This document shows, piece after piece, positions 14,101 through 26,430 of a stretch of 64,000 bases of DNA (its first letter is position 1; each line of letters starts with the position of its first letter). Source of the stretch: Camelus dromedarius (lineage: Eukaryota); NCBI RefSeq assembly GCF_036321535.1, contig NC_087436.1:29018001-29082000 (forward strand), in the 5' to 3' direction. The translations under genes were made by a program, and so were the position numbers. Below the pieces are notes generated by a model. The model had not been told where the DNA came from. It saw only the letters and a list, made by a program, of their open reading frames with translations, and did not search any database.

Positions 14101-15054
14101 AAGACAATCCATTCAATTACATCTTATTTTAATAAAGACAAAGGATCTTTCATTTAACTTAGACAAATACCATTACTATGGGTATCTAAATTCTAACAAG
14201 ATATCCATATGCTTCTTTAAAGAGTGAATGGTTCCTTTTATTTCTTTGAAAATTATGGAGCTGGTAATATTTATGGATATTTAGATATTTGTATTTCAAG
14301 TAGTTTCCTTCAAAATGACCTTATAAACAAATCAAATTAGTTACTTTCCTGTAAGGTTGAAATTAGCATTAATTTTCAAAGTAGAGACATGGAAAATTCT
14401 TGAATGGGATTGGTTATTTCTATAAGTATACGGGTATTATGTCTGTATAGACCTATTTACAACCAACAACATCATTGTATCATATTATTAAGTCAATTAC
14501 TAGTGACATGCACAACTTCGTCTTTCATATGAAAACCAAGTAGAAATTCCAACAGTGAAAGATTGGAAAAACCTAAGAATAAATTCGTAAGACCTTCATT
14601 TAAAAAACATATAGCTGTGTATCTAATTTTTTAACCACTAATAGCCTACTGAAACAGGGATAAGATTTCAGAATAATTTAACTAAAACCTCAGATAGCTA
14701 AACCATGAAAATAAGTGGAAAATCTTCTGGGCTGGTAAATAAAATACTAATAGCACAATTTTGAGGTTATTTTAAGAAAGAGACACAAAATACACATGAT
14801 TTAGAAACTGTGTGTAAAGGTTTGGCTATTTATTTAATATACTTGATGATCTGATTTACCCTAACATAATTCAGTTGCTTCTATGTCAAAGCAAACAGCA
14901 GATTAAAAACAGGAATTGCAGACTCAGAAGGAGTTGAAATGCATCTGACACACTGAAAAGCAAAAGCTAACCACTGGTGTTCTGTATCCGGAAGATCACC
15001 TGCATACTAAACAGGTTAGAACTCCAAGACTGTAGGCTTCAATAACTCCTTGAG

Positions 15055-15191
15055 CAGGGTTGCCAGATAAAATACAGGCAGTCCAGTTACATTTGAATTT
15101 CAGATACACAATGACTAATTTGTTAGTATACATACACCCCATGCAATATTTGGGTGTCATGTATTTTTATTTGATAAACCTGGAAACCTCA
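15055..15191. mobile_element. MER53-like hAT MITE with internal deletion
   Basis: The TIRs are cagggttgccag...ctggaaacctca. The internal sequence ataaaatacagg..cagttacatttgaatttcagata matches the MER53 consensus as I recall it. The 8-bp TSD-like flanks are tccttgag and tcctcaag. Confidence 0.8.
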
Positions 15192-16834
15192 TCCTCAAGG
15201 CATCAGCTACATAATACCACAGATAATACTAGTTAACACAGAAGAGAATGTTATGTTGTGTTTTCTAGAAAAATGTTGCACTGTATTCTTTAATTATTTG
15301 GTAGCACTGTACTTCATGTAATAAATTTTGTATACATTTTCATGTAAAGTGATTTTAAAATTAAGAAGTCAGAATTCAAAAGGAGATAAAAATAAAAATA
15401 AAACATGAAAATCAGTTGTCTGTCATCATAGGTGAACATAATCTTAATTGCCATTTAAATTCTTTGTATTATGATTAAATTTTAATCTTGGTTTTGAGTG
15501 AAATCTTTGCTTTTGTGAGATACATTTATAGCATATTTGATAAAATGTTATTTCTCTTTTGCATAAAAACAAAATGTTTTATTATTTATTCTAAAATTTA
15601 AGCCTAAGTATCATTCTAATTTTGGTTTTATCTTAGAAACTCATTAAACCACCTCCTTCAATTTAATCTAGAATAAGATAATTAGAGATTTGAAAACTGA
15701 TAAGCAGTGAATCAAACTCAGCTTTAAAAAATCAGAAAAACGCTAAGTTGTTATAATAAAATCGTGTCATGCTTGTTAAATATTAAAAGTCATTTTAGTC
15801 ATATTCTAATTAAATGACAAGATTTAAATCCTTAAACAGTTATACTACATCCCATAACTTTAAGCTTTGTGTTTGGTTAAGGTTCAGCTTAATTACTGCA
15901 AATATTTAACTGCCTAATAAAGTAAATAAAAATAAGTCATGTTATACATTTACTATCTATGAAAAATACTTCTAGGAAACAATTCAAACTATAAATAATC
16001 AACCTTTGGTAAGGCCAGTAAGAGATTCCGATTAAATAACACTGAGAATGTATACTTATATATAATATATCTATATTGTTCTTAAAATATGACTAATGTA
16101 CAAACCTACCTACATGTCTCATAATCAAGTTCTTATAGAACAAAATCAAAATTTTGTATCATTATTTCAAAGAAGCATCTGAGATACTCATTAGTTGCGA
16201 CAATGCCATACAGAAAAAGTGTGAAAATAAGGAATGCTATAATGATGATAAGTAAAAATACCAAAGACTTAAAAACAGTTCCATGAAAACCCCAGAGACC
16301 TAGAGGAGAGCTAGACAAAGTGCGTCCAGTCAGAGTTATGCTGTGCTATCAACAATCTCCTGCTCACACTCACATATCTGCGATGGATCCCCCTCTATGT
16401 TCATTTTAGATTACTTCGTATTTATTTAACATTTACGTGTGTCTGTCAATTATATGTGACAGACAATTGAAAAGAAATAAACTAGTAAAACTAGCAGTTG
16501 GTGATAATGAAATATGAGGATTAAAGAATTATCAGAAAGAAAGTGATCAAGGGAAAGGGAAAAAAAATAGAACAAAAGAACTAGTCTTAGCACAGGTAAG
16601 GCCAGAATAAAAGAACATGAAAATCATGGAAGGTTGAAAGATGATGAAATCCAAGGGAATGTAAGTTAGAAGTGGAAATGTTTAGGTTTTGAGGGGCTGT
16701 TTATTTGCTTGTTATGCTGTTCAGAGAGTACTATAATTGTATCAATTTAGGTAAATCGGGAAGATACCTAGGTAACTAAAAAGGAAAAAAAAGGCACTTG
16801 CTTCTTTGGTTTCAGGATGTTTGTTTCCTTTACC

Positions 16835-17340
16835 GTTTCGTTGATGCAGTCTAATAAGCATTTATGGGTGTTTGCTTTGAGGCAGACAAGGTTCCGGGAC
16901 TTGAGACTCTAAAATAAACACACATGGATTCTTCTCTAAAAGATCTAACAGTCCAATGGGCTAACAACTGTTTTATAAGGTATTTTGAAAACAGCAATTA
17001 CATATAAAAATCTATAAGAAGTTACAAGAAGAATATATTTATCTCTTTGTCCAGGAAGGCTTCTCATTAAAGGTAAAATGAGTTGAATCTTGATTGATGA
17101 GAAGATGGCCAAGCAGATGTGGTGGGAGGTGGTTTTGTAAATGAGAGCGCATTCCCGAGGGAGAGTGGAATGTGTCAGAGTACAAGAGCCTGGGAAAAAC
17201 AGCGTATCAAGAAACTGACGGTCATTGAACGGCAGGAAGCAAAAACACAGGCAGGATTTAAACAAAAAAACCTTTAAAGCTAATAAATATGTAAATGTTA
17301 TTGCGGCTGAAACAGAAAAACCTCTTAAAATCTTTAAAGA
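16835..17340 (-). mobile_element. L2 3' fragment
   Basis: taataagcatttatgggtgtttgctttgaggcagac... and ccaggaaggcttctc...gagttgaatcttga resemble the antisense L2 3' end. Confidence 0.6.
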
Positions 17341-18177
17341 GGAGAATATTAAAGTCAAGTGTCTATAAATACAAGTAACTCCTCTAATTATTTGACAATA
17401 GAAGCCAGATGGAAAAGGAGAGGGGTTTTCATTAATTTTGGTGAATTAGGCAGAAAAGACTGGGTTTGGGGCTGCAAAAGGAAGTATGCCTGTGTCTTCT
17501 CTCAGACTCCAGTCGAGGATCCAGGGTTTACACTCCACATATCTGGAAATAGTTTGCATTCCATCACCCTAAGTTTTCCAACAGTGACAAAATGTTTTGT
17601 AGTCAAAATGACTGCCTGGATGTTTTTTTTGGCTGATAACTTAACTCTAAGGATAATTGTGATTAAAAAAAACATGGTTGATAAGAGCTACGGGAAGTGA
17701 CTCTGTCCTACTGTCCTAAGCCTCAGGTCTGGTCAGCAGCGGTAAAAGCTAGGAACATACAGAAAAGCATGGGGCACTTTTTTCTACAAATTTTAACAAA
17801 GGAAAATAAGGCATATGATGATCACAGACTAATAATAAACTGACTTTATAAGATTTATATAGGATTTATATATGTCTTTTTTTTTTTAACAAAATGCTGC
17901 TTCAGCGATTATTTTTTCAGAGAGAGACACAAGTAAATCTCACCCTAGGAACATCTGATCTGCAAGTCACAGAAATAGTGAGGACATAGAAACAATTTTA
18001 ATTATAGCATTTAAAATAGCATATTTAAAGTGTTTAAAGATCACGTACATTTGATCAAATCTTTCCTATCCAACAATAGCCCCTGCTGTATCTTAATCTA
18101 CTAGTATTTTTACATATCATCTTTTCTAGTACCTACTTTTTACTTCTAAAAATCTTACTTTAAAAAAGAAAGTACAC

Positions 18178-19452
18178 AACACTCCCTTACACCATATACA
18201 AAAATCAACTCAAAATGGATTAAAGACTTAAACATAAGACAAGATACAATAAACCTCCTAGAGGAAAACATAGGCAAAACATTATCTGACATACATTTAA
18301 AAAATTTTCTCCTAGAAGAAATAAAAGCAAGAATAAACAAATGGGACCTAATGAAACTTACAAGCTTCTGCACAGCAAAGGAAACCAGAAATAAAACAAG
18401 AAGAAAACCTACGGAATGGGAGAAAATTTTTGCAAGTGAAACCGACAAAGGCTTGATCTCCAGAATATATAAGCAGCTCATACGACTCAATAAGAAAAAA
18501 ATAAACAACCCAATCCAAAAATGGGCAGAAGACCTAAACAAGCAATTCTCCAAGGAAGACATACAAATGATCAAAAAGCACATGAAAAAATGCTCCATAT
18601 CACTAATTATCAGAGAAATGCAAATCAAAACTACAATGAGGTATCACCTCACACCAGTCAGAATGGCCGTCATTCAAAAATCCACAAATGACAAATGCTA
18701 GAGAGGCTGTGGAGAAAGGGGAACCCTCCTACACTGCTGGTGGGAATGCAGTTTGGTGAAGCCACTATGGAAAACAGTGTGGAGATTCCTCAAAAGACTA
18801 GGAATAGACTTACCACATGACCCAGGAATCCCATTCCTGGGCTTGTATCCAGAAGGAAATCTACTTCAGGATGACACCTGCACCCCAATGTTCATAGCAG
18901 CACTATTTACAATAGCCAAAACATGGAAACAGCCTAAATGTCCATCAACAGGTGACTGGATAAAGAAGAGGTGGTATATTTATACAATGGAATACTGCTC
19001 AGCCATAAAAACTGACAACATAATGCCATTTGCAGCAACATGGATGCTCCTGGAGAATGTCATTCTAAGTGAAGTAAGCCAGAAAGAGAAAGAAAAATAC
19101 CATATGAGATTGCTCATATGTGGAATCTAAAAAACAAAAACAAAAACAAACAAGCAAACAAAAACAAAGCGTAAATAAAGGACAGAAATAGACTCACAGA
19201 CAGAGAATACAGACTTGTGGTTACCAGGGGGGTGGAGGGTGGGAAGGGATAGACTGGGATTTCAAAATTGTAGAATAAACTCACTGTATAGCACAGGGAA
19301 ATATACACAAAATGTTATGATAACTCACAGAGAAAAAAATGTGACAATGAGTGTGTATATGTCCATAAATGACTGAAAAATTGTGCTGAACACTGGAATT
19401 TGACACAACATCGTAAAATGATTATAAATCAATAAAAAATGTAAAAAAAAAA
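18178..19452 (+). mobile_element. Young 5'-truncated LINE-1 (ORF2 C-terminus, 3' UTR, polyA), antisense to PCDH10 in intron 4
   Basis: The ORF2 peptide reads ...[11 protein letters not shown]...[11 protein letters not shown]...[17 protein letters not shown]...MFIAALFTIAKTWKQPKCPS. AATAAA is at 19431-19436, followed by an A tail. The TSD aaaaaagaaagtacac is at 18162-18177 and 19453-19468, at a TT/AAAA endonuclease site. Confidence 0.97.
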
Positions 19453-19769
19453 AAAAAAGAAAGTACACTTGTTTTTTACACTGTCTCACAATTGTGAGAT
19501 TGAGAATGCCGTCTTCTCCCAATCATCCAGTCTCAAGACTTAAGAACCATCCTTGATAACTACTTTCTTTTATTGTTACATTTAGAATTCTAGTACTTTA
19601 ATTTTTTTTCAAAACTTCTCTAACCCTTTCATTTTCATTCTCTATCGGGGTTATTATTACAAAGTTTGGTAACACTCTGTTAGTAAAACAAAAACAAACA
19701 TACAATCCCCTACAACAAATCCTTACTGACTTTGCTCTGAAGAGTGTTCAATTTCTTAAGCCTAGGATT

Positions 19770-19916
19770 CAAGTAGTGAACTGATCACAAAGGCTGACTC
19801 TAGAATCAGGTGGTTGAAAGAAAGAAAGAAAAAAGGAAAGAAAAAAGGAAAGAAAGAAAGAAAGAAAAGAAAGAGAGAAAGAAAAGAAAGAGAGAAAGAA
19901 AGAGAGAAAGAAAGAG

Positions 19917-20015
<99 letters not shown>

Positions 20016-20423
20016 AAAAGAAAGAAAGAAAGAGAGGGAAGGAGGGAAGGAGGGAAGGAAGGAAGGAAGGAGGGAAGGAAGGAAGGAAGGAAGGAAGGAG
20101 GGAAGGAGGGAAGGAGGGAAGGAGGGAAGGAAGGAAGGAAGGAGGGAAGGAAGGAAGGAAGGAAGGAAGGAAGGAAGGAAGGAAGGAAGGAAGGAAGGAA
20201 GGAAGGAAGGAAGAAAGAAACTGACTCTCCTTTATAAGCCAGCAGGCACCATGGACTGGTTCCCCAACATCTCTTTTTCCTAATTTTATAATTTGCAAAA
20301 TGGAGACAGTACAAATACCTACTTTATTTGGTTACTGTAAGGTTTGAATGCATTAGTATCTGAAAAGTTCTTAGAATAATGCCAGGCTTATAGTAAGTTC
20401 TTAACAATTGTTAGCTACTATTA
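19770..20423 (+). mobile_element. MIR SINE interrupted by the microsatellite
   Basis: The left flank gactctagaatcagg-tggtt resembles the MIR tRNA-derived head. The right flank has the core tttgcaaaatggagacagtacaaatacctact and the tail cttagaataatgccaggcttatagtaagttcttaacaattgttagctactatta. Confidence 0.8.
19816..20220 (+). repeat. Compound (GAAA)n/(GGAA)n/(GGGA) microsatellite, 405 bp of uninterrupted purines
   Basis: It is directly visible and accounts for the low-complexity ORFs at 19762-20314. Confidence 0.99.
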
Positions 20424-22147
20424 GTATGTGTGTTTTTATTCAAAATCTGTCTGAATCTGTCCAAAACATAACTTTCAAACCTTAACTTCCACTATTATCC
20501 CCGCTGAATTTATTTTATAGATTTGGCAACCTAGAATATTCATTTCTCCATATTTGTTTGCTTTCAGATTCCCTACTTTTGTTCATGCAGTTCTGTACTC
20601 CTTTCAGTCTATCAGTTAAAACCACGCAGTTATTCTTCCAATATTGCCCCAGAGTAGAGTTCTATAAACACTTCCTTGATTACACTCCAAGGGATCTTTC
20701 CCAAAGATAACCAAAGCCACTTTATTCTAATAAAATAAATATCTTGTTCAACTGTTAATGAGATTAAAAAGACAACTTGAAACAGCATAGAATCATTGAA
20801 AACAAGTGCATTTTGAGAAGAGAGACAATGCTTAATACAGGTGACAAGGCAACATCATTCACAGATATGTTAAATGAGAAAACAATCGAATCTTTTTAAG
20901 ATTTCCTTTCTTCTATAGCTGGGAAACAACACTATTAAATACAGGAGATTTCACTACTTTATTTAAAAAAGGAGAATTTTTTGTTCTCATATGTGACATA
21001 AACATAAAAAAGAAATAAAAACACATGATGCATGCAACTGGGCCCTGGAACTTAGCTGTTAGGCATCTTGTATTTTAGGCAGAATAGTGATATATATGCA
21101 AAACTGATGTGGAAGGCAGAAGACAGAAAACACAGAGAATCAGAAAATCATGAGAGAAACCAATGAATAAGCCATAAACAGAAAGTAAAATTTGGGCAGC
21201 TTTTCAGGCATTTCTCAAATAGGCTTGTGACATCATTTGCTAGTTCTGTCTGACTTTGAAAGACAAAGCTACAAAAACATAAATATAAGGCTGACTGAGA
21301 CAATCAGGCTTATCAGATAATAGGATTTTAGGGGAGAAAAAGGAGGCAGGAAAATCTTTGGACTTCTGCATGTTCAAAGACTGTGATTTATGGCAGAGAT
21401 AGATATCCTTGGTATATCTTCTAGAAAGACTCAATTTTCCTTATTAATAGGCCCTTTATATTTACTTTGATAATTTTATGGTATTTGTGTCTCTCCCACA
21501 GGGATAGCAGAACTCAAGTAACAGAATTTACCCTAAAGAGTTAGTACAGCTGTCTAAGTGGAGATTAAGTCCAATTGGATACAGACATCTATTCGTATCA
21601 TTTTAAAAATTTTGGCCTGAAGAAATATAATTTCTTTATTTTTCTTACAATCATCAAATATAATATGCTGCTGTCTATATTAAATAAAAATCTGTTATTT
21701 CAAAAAAGAGTATTTTTGTCCCATTATATTTACTATTTGTTATATGTAATCAAATGTCTTCACTCATTGTAAACGCACAAGTAAAATAATGAGAATACGA
21801 AATTTTTAAAGTTATATTCATGCTTTGTGGCTAACATCGTTCTAAAACAAGCAAAACTTAGTCTTTACTGGGCATTATACCTCTGGTTCTATTCTGTCCA
21901 TTTTATTGGTTTCACAGATGAAAAAGAAAAATTGGGATATGTACTTCTAAGACACATGCATTCTGTGAAAGAACACATACTGCAGATGTAAAATAGTGAT
22001 ATATCATGGAAAGAACATTTGGAGTCTGATTTTTCTCTGGGAAGAAAAGAAAGCATAATTAGTTCTATTTAAACGCAGAATTTAAATTTTCTCCATACCC
22101 AGGCTGATGTCATTGTTCCAATTTTAACTGAATATATAGTTGCCTTG

Positions 22148-22365
22148 AACACTTAATGAGTGCTTCCTTTGGGCCCGGCACTCACTGCTTTGAATACATT
22201 AAATAATTTAATCTCCACAATGAGCTTTTGAGGATCTATGTCAGAAATGAGGAAAATGAGTTACGGAAGGTTAAAGAAATTATAGAGGTCACACAGCTAG
22301 GAACTGGCTGGAGGAGTATTTGAACCCTGGCAGACTGGTCCTATACTGGAGTTCCTAACTACACA
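22148..22365 (-). mobile_element. MIR
   Basis: agaaatgaggaaaatgag...ggttaaagaaat...aggtcacacagctag...tttgaaccctggcagactgg is antisense MIR. Confidence 0.8.
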
Positions 22366-25300
22366 TCACTTCTCTGACATGAGGACCAGTATAAAGACTC
22401 ACTCTTGGAGTTCTGCAGTAGGCGACGAGTCCAAACGAAGAACACTCATATTTTGAGATCATAATCAGAAAATAAAATCCTGTGAAATGAAAAGCTCCAA
22501 GATATCATAAAGTCAAAATGAATAAACGAGTGATGCTTAGGGAAACCTATCCTGAAAATAATAAGACTATTTTTCAGGTCTAAGGACACCACAATCCAAC
22601 TAAGTGAGCAGCTTGTGCTTCACATACACGGTGAAGGAAGTGGAAAATTTTTCACTTGTATTGTAATATGCCCGAGGTTGGTTCATTCTTTTTTTTTTCC
22701 CAAAATTATCTCAAAGGAAGACTGGAGGTTTGTATGAGGTATGGAGTGGGGTGGGGGGTTGTCAGTAATTAAATGTGTTTTTGCATGTTTCTAGGACGAT
22801 CCAGAGCAGATTAAGCCGAGACAACCTGATTGAGTTATTTTGATCTGTGCAGGAGGTATGGTATCACAGTCGCCATCCCCAAGTGAGGATGCCTGAACCT
22901 ATGTGTGACGGCTAGCCCTGAAGCTGATCTGATGCCCTTTACCTTCTCAAGCTGAGTTCTCACAGTATTTTCTCTTGGAGAGCTCTCAGGAGGATTTCAA
23001 ATGATTCAGTTATTACATTTATAGTTTAAATTAAGATATTGATCTTACTTTCGCATCAGTCTGTGATAAGTTCACAAGCAATGATCATTTTCCTATATAG
23101 CTGGCCTTGAGAACATTTATATAATCTAGATCTAGGGCAAACAAAGCAGAAGACCACTGTGCCTGCAATACAGTAGTCTTCAATAATAAGTTTTCTTGAA
23201 TGTAGGTCACACTGTTTTTGTCGGTAGCTTGGGAAGACCTGCTTAAAACATCTGGTTAAAAACTCTTACAGTTTCAAGCTGCCATGGTACTACTTTCCAA
23301 GAAAGAATGGTACGACAAATAATAGGACCTACTGACTGACAGCTATACCTCAAATTAGAAAGTAACTGAAATGTGAAAAACTTCAAAAGATTAGTAAAAG
23401 GTAATAGATTTAAAATTAACTTCAAAGCAATGTACTATGTTAAACATTTTTATTTAAAGTAAAAGTAATATTCTCCTATATTAGATAAATGAGCACACTT
23501 TTTAAATCAGCATTAAGAAATCACAATTCCTATGAAAAATTCCTACAAAGTAAGCAATTTAAATTCTCAAGAATTATATTTCTAGATTTCAAGCTCAACT
23601 ATGAGAGATGAAAATAAAATGATTACATGTCAAATATTATCCTAAAAATAATTCTAATGCAAACTTACATTAAAAAAATTGTCTTTCCCAGTAACATTTA
23701 ATAAGACTCAATATTCTGTTGTTATAATTTGAGAAATAAGTATCTTCCTACCATTTCATAATATAATTTTAAAATACAGATTTCTCAAATCCTTAACTTA
23801 ATTCAAGTTCAAAGGAGTTAGAATTCACTCCAGTTTATCAACAAAAGGCATTTCTGCGTTGTCTAATACCAAAAAAACTTTTGTTATATGAAGTTGAGTA
23901 CATTTATATAATCATGAAATATTCTAAAATAATTTAAAAATTATTTACTATAGCCTGAAATTCACAGAGCTTATATCATGACCCATGATTGGTGAGAATA
24001 ACTATCACCTTGTAAAACTGGTTGTGTATTTATGAAAGTGAGGCCTGTGTTATGTCTTATTTCATCATCTCATGCTTTTAAATAGGCACTCAGTAGCAGA
24101 TGCAAGTATTATTAAATTAGGCTTTAATGTTTAGCTAACAGAATTCCCTCATTTGATTATTTTTCCTTTCTTAAGTGTGTGAGTATTTCATGCCTCCACA
24201 TTACCGAGTTAATGCTACATTTTAATTTACTCTCTAAAATATCAGCCTAAAATACAATGTGCATATATAGTCTGTTTGCTATATCTTACAAAATAATTAA
24301 GAAAGCATATATTACTACTAGGTTTGAGGAGAGTTAGGCAACTTGACCTTCAATCACTAATGATGTTTGTTCATTTTTATTTGTGAGCCATTTCAATAAC
24401 TGACACCAAAGATTTTCCTTAAAATTCAGCAGAAGATAATATGATGCCAAAAATGGAAAATTGTTATTATAAGAGAAATAAGCCAACTCAGTAAAGATTC
24501 AATATTTGACAAAGATATTTAAAATATTTTCATATAAATATTTAAAATCTACAGTCACCTATCTTCCTTCTATAAATTATTATTATATATAATATGAAGC
24601 CTTAAATCTTTACGTTGTAATGTATACTTTTAATAGATATAATTTATGTTATATATTGCATATATATAATAGACATTTTAATACTTAGTTTTTACACTCT
24701 ACATATTCCCAAATTTCCTTCTAAAACTATGATTTCTTAACTTTTGTTCCTAGACATTACAATTCAATGTGTGAGGGGGAAAAAGGATTTAAGAAACCAA
24801 AGTTTTCCTTTTCAAAATTCCAAGGTATGAAAGATAAGAAATCATTCATGTAGTAACCAGAAGGGAAAGAAATAGATAAAAACCCAGGCTTTCTCCATTG
24901 CCTTTCCTTTGTCCTCCAGTAAAACAGAGCCTCATCCCCTTCTCTCCTTTAACCGGGTCGGTCCAGTGTTAGAAAAGCATTCTGTGGGAAACACATCACA
25001 GGGCTAGAAAGTGCTATTCCACCAAATCACAGCTGGCATACGCACACGTTTGTAGTTTGCAAAGCTTTCTAGGTAATGTGTTTCCATATCTCTCAGGAGC
25101 AAATACCAATGTCAGGGTCAGGATATTTCCCATCATGTGTAGTTTAAGTCTCTCAGGATGCGATATAGATCCATTTTCCCTTTTCTGCTCTCAATAAAGA
25201 CAGATTAACTGATCACTATCTTATCTGTGTATTATTTGTTTAAACACTTAACATTTGTTTTGTAACCTCTCCCCTTTTCTTCTCAATCCACAGTCCCTCA

Positions 25301-25824
25301 ATCCTTTTAGACTCTCTTCAGATAGACTATTTTCTAAAATGTTAATCTCTTTACTTTATTCCTTCCCCTTCAAGCATAATAGTTTCCAATTTGCCACAAC
25401 CCTCTAAACTAGACTCAAAGAAAGGTGAAACACAGACATTTCAATTTTTCTACTTTTTTGTCATAATTTGGTATTCAGATAAATATATTTAAATATTTGT
25501 TTCTGTAAAACACCATTAAGTTAACAGAAGATTATGTTTCAATCAATAGGAAGATTTAACAACAAGTATCAAGCATTTCTGAAAGATCAGACACGACAAG
25601 AACGCCAAAGTTAGTAAGAGATACATCCACGGGGAAGCTGTCCTAAATAAATTGTCTGTTTAGCTTAGACCCTGATATATTTTAGGCTATGATAATCACT
25701 TTCCCTATATTATCAAAGAGAATAACTGGCTACTACAGTTTAGTTAAACTCAAATATGTTGCACTATTTCATTTATTCAAATTATGTACACTTTGAAACT
25801 CAGAAAAACAAACCTTTGGTTAGA

Positions 25825-26430
25825 GCCCAGGACAGTGGTAGACAGATCCTTGGGTGGTAGTAACTGAAAGGGGACAGAATGCTGGACTTTTTGAGATACT
25901 AGTAATGTTTTGGCTAATCAGTCAATGTGGTCACTGATTACACAAGTGTGCTCCCTTTGTGAAAACTTGAGTATTACATTTGTGATTTTTGTATTCCTCT
26001 ATATGAATATTGTACATTAATCAAAAGTTTTAAAATAAAAAATAAAAATGGGTTGCTATTAATAAACCTATTTTAATCATGGATCAAATTAATTGTAAAT
26101 GTGAATACTAGTTATGAGAAAATTATAGAAATTTGTACAATAACTAGACAATCGATGATAGCAAGGAAATTTTTTTAGGAGAAGTACTGTTCTTATGGTT
26201 ATGTTAAACTCTATTTTTAATAAACATGCTGAAATATTAATGGGTTAAACAGTTAGGGTTTCTAAATTTGATTAAAAAATCTGAGTGAAAAGAACGTGTG
26301 TTAGCTTTTGGATGAAACAAATTTGGCCAAGAATTGATCACTGTTTAACCGGAGAATGTGGAGAGTTTAGTAAACTATTCTCTTTTTTGGATAAGCTTGA
26401 AATTATCCATCATTTTAAAAAATGTTAAAA
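25825..26430 (+). mobile_element. Two ancient L1M (L1MC/L1ME-type) 3'-end fragments (about 25825-26045 and 26185-26430)
   Basis: Motifs such as gattacacaagtgtgctccctttgtgaaaacttgag and gatgaaacaaatttggccaagaattgatcactgtt end in A-rich tails. Confidence 0.55.

Noticed and set aside
15055..15191. Possible miR-1302-type hairpin from MER53
   Set aside because: One palindromic arm is largely deleted and the mature-like segment is diverged.
18155..18628. 157-aa minus-strand hydrophobic ORF
   Set aside because: It is the usual antisense reading of L1 ORF2.
19762..20314. Four 136-181 aa ORFs (FLPS/ERKK repeats)
   Set aside because: They are translations of the GAAA/GGAA microsatellite, which has no stop codons.
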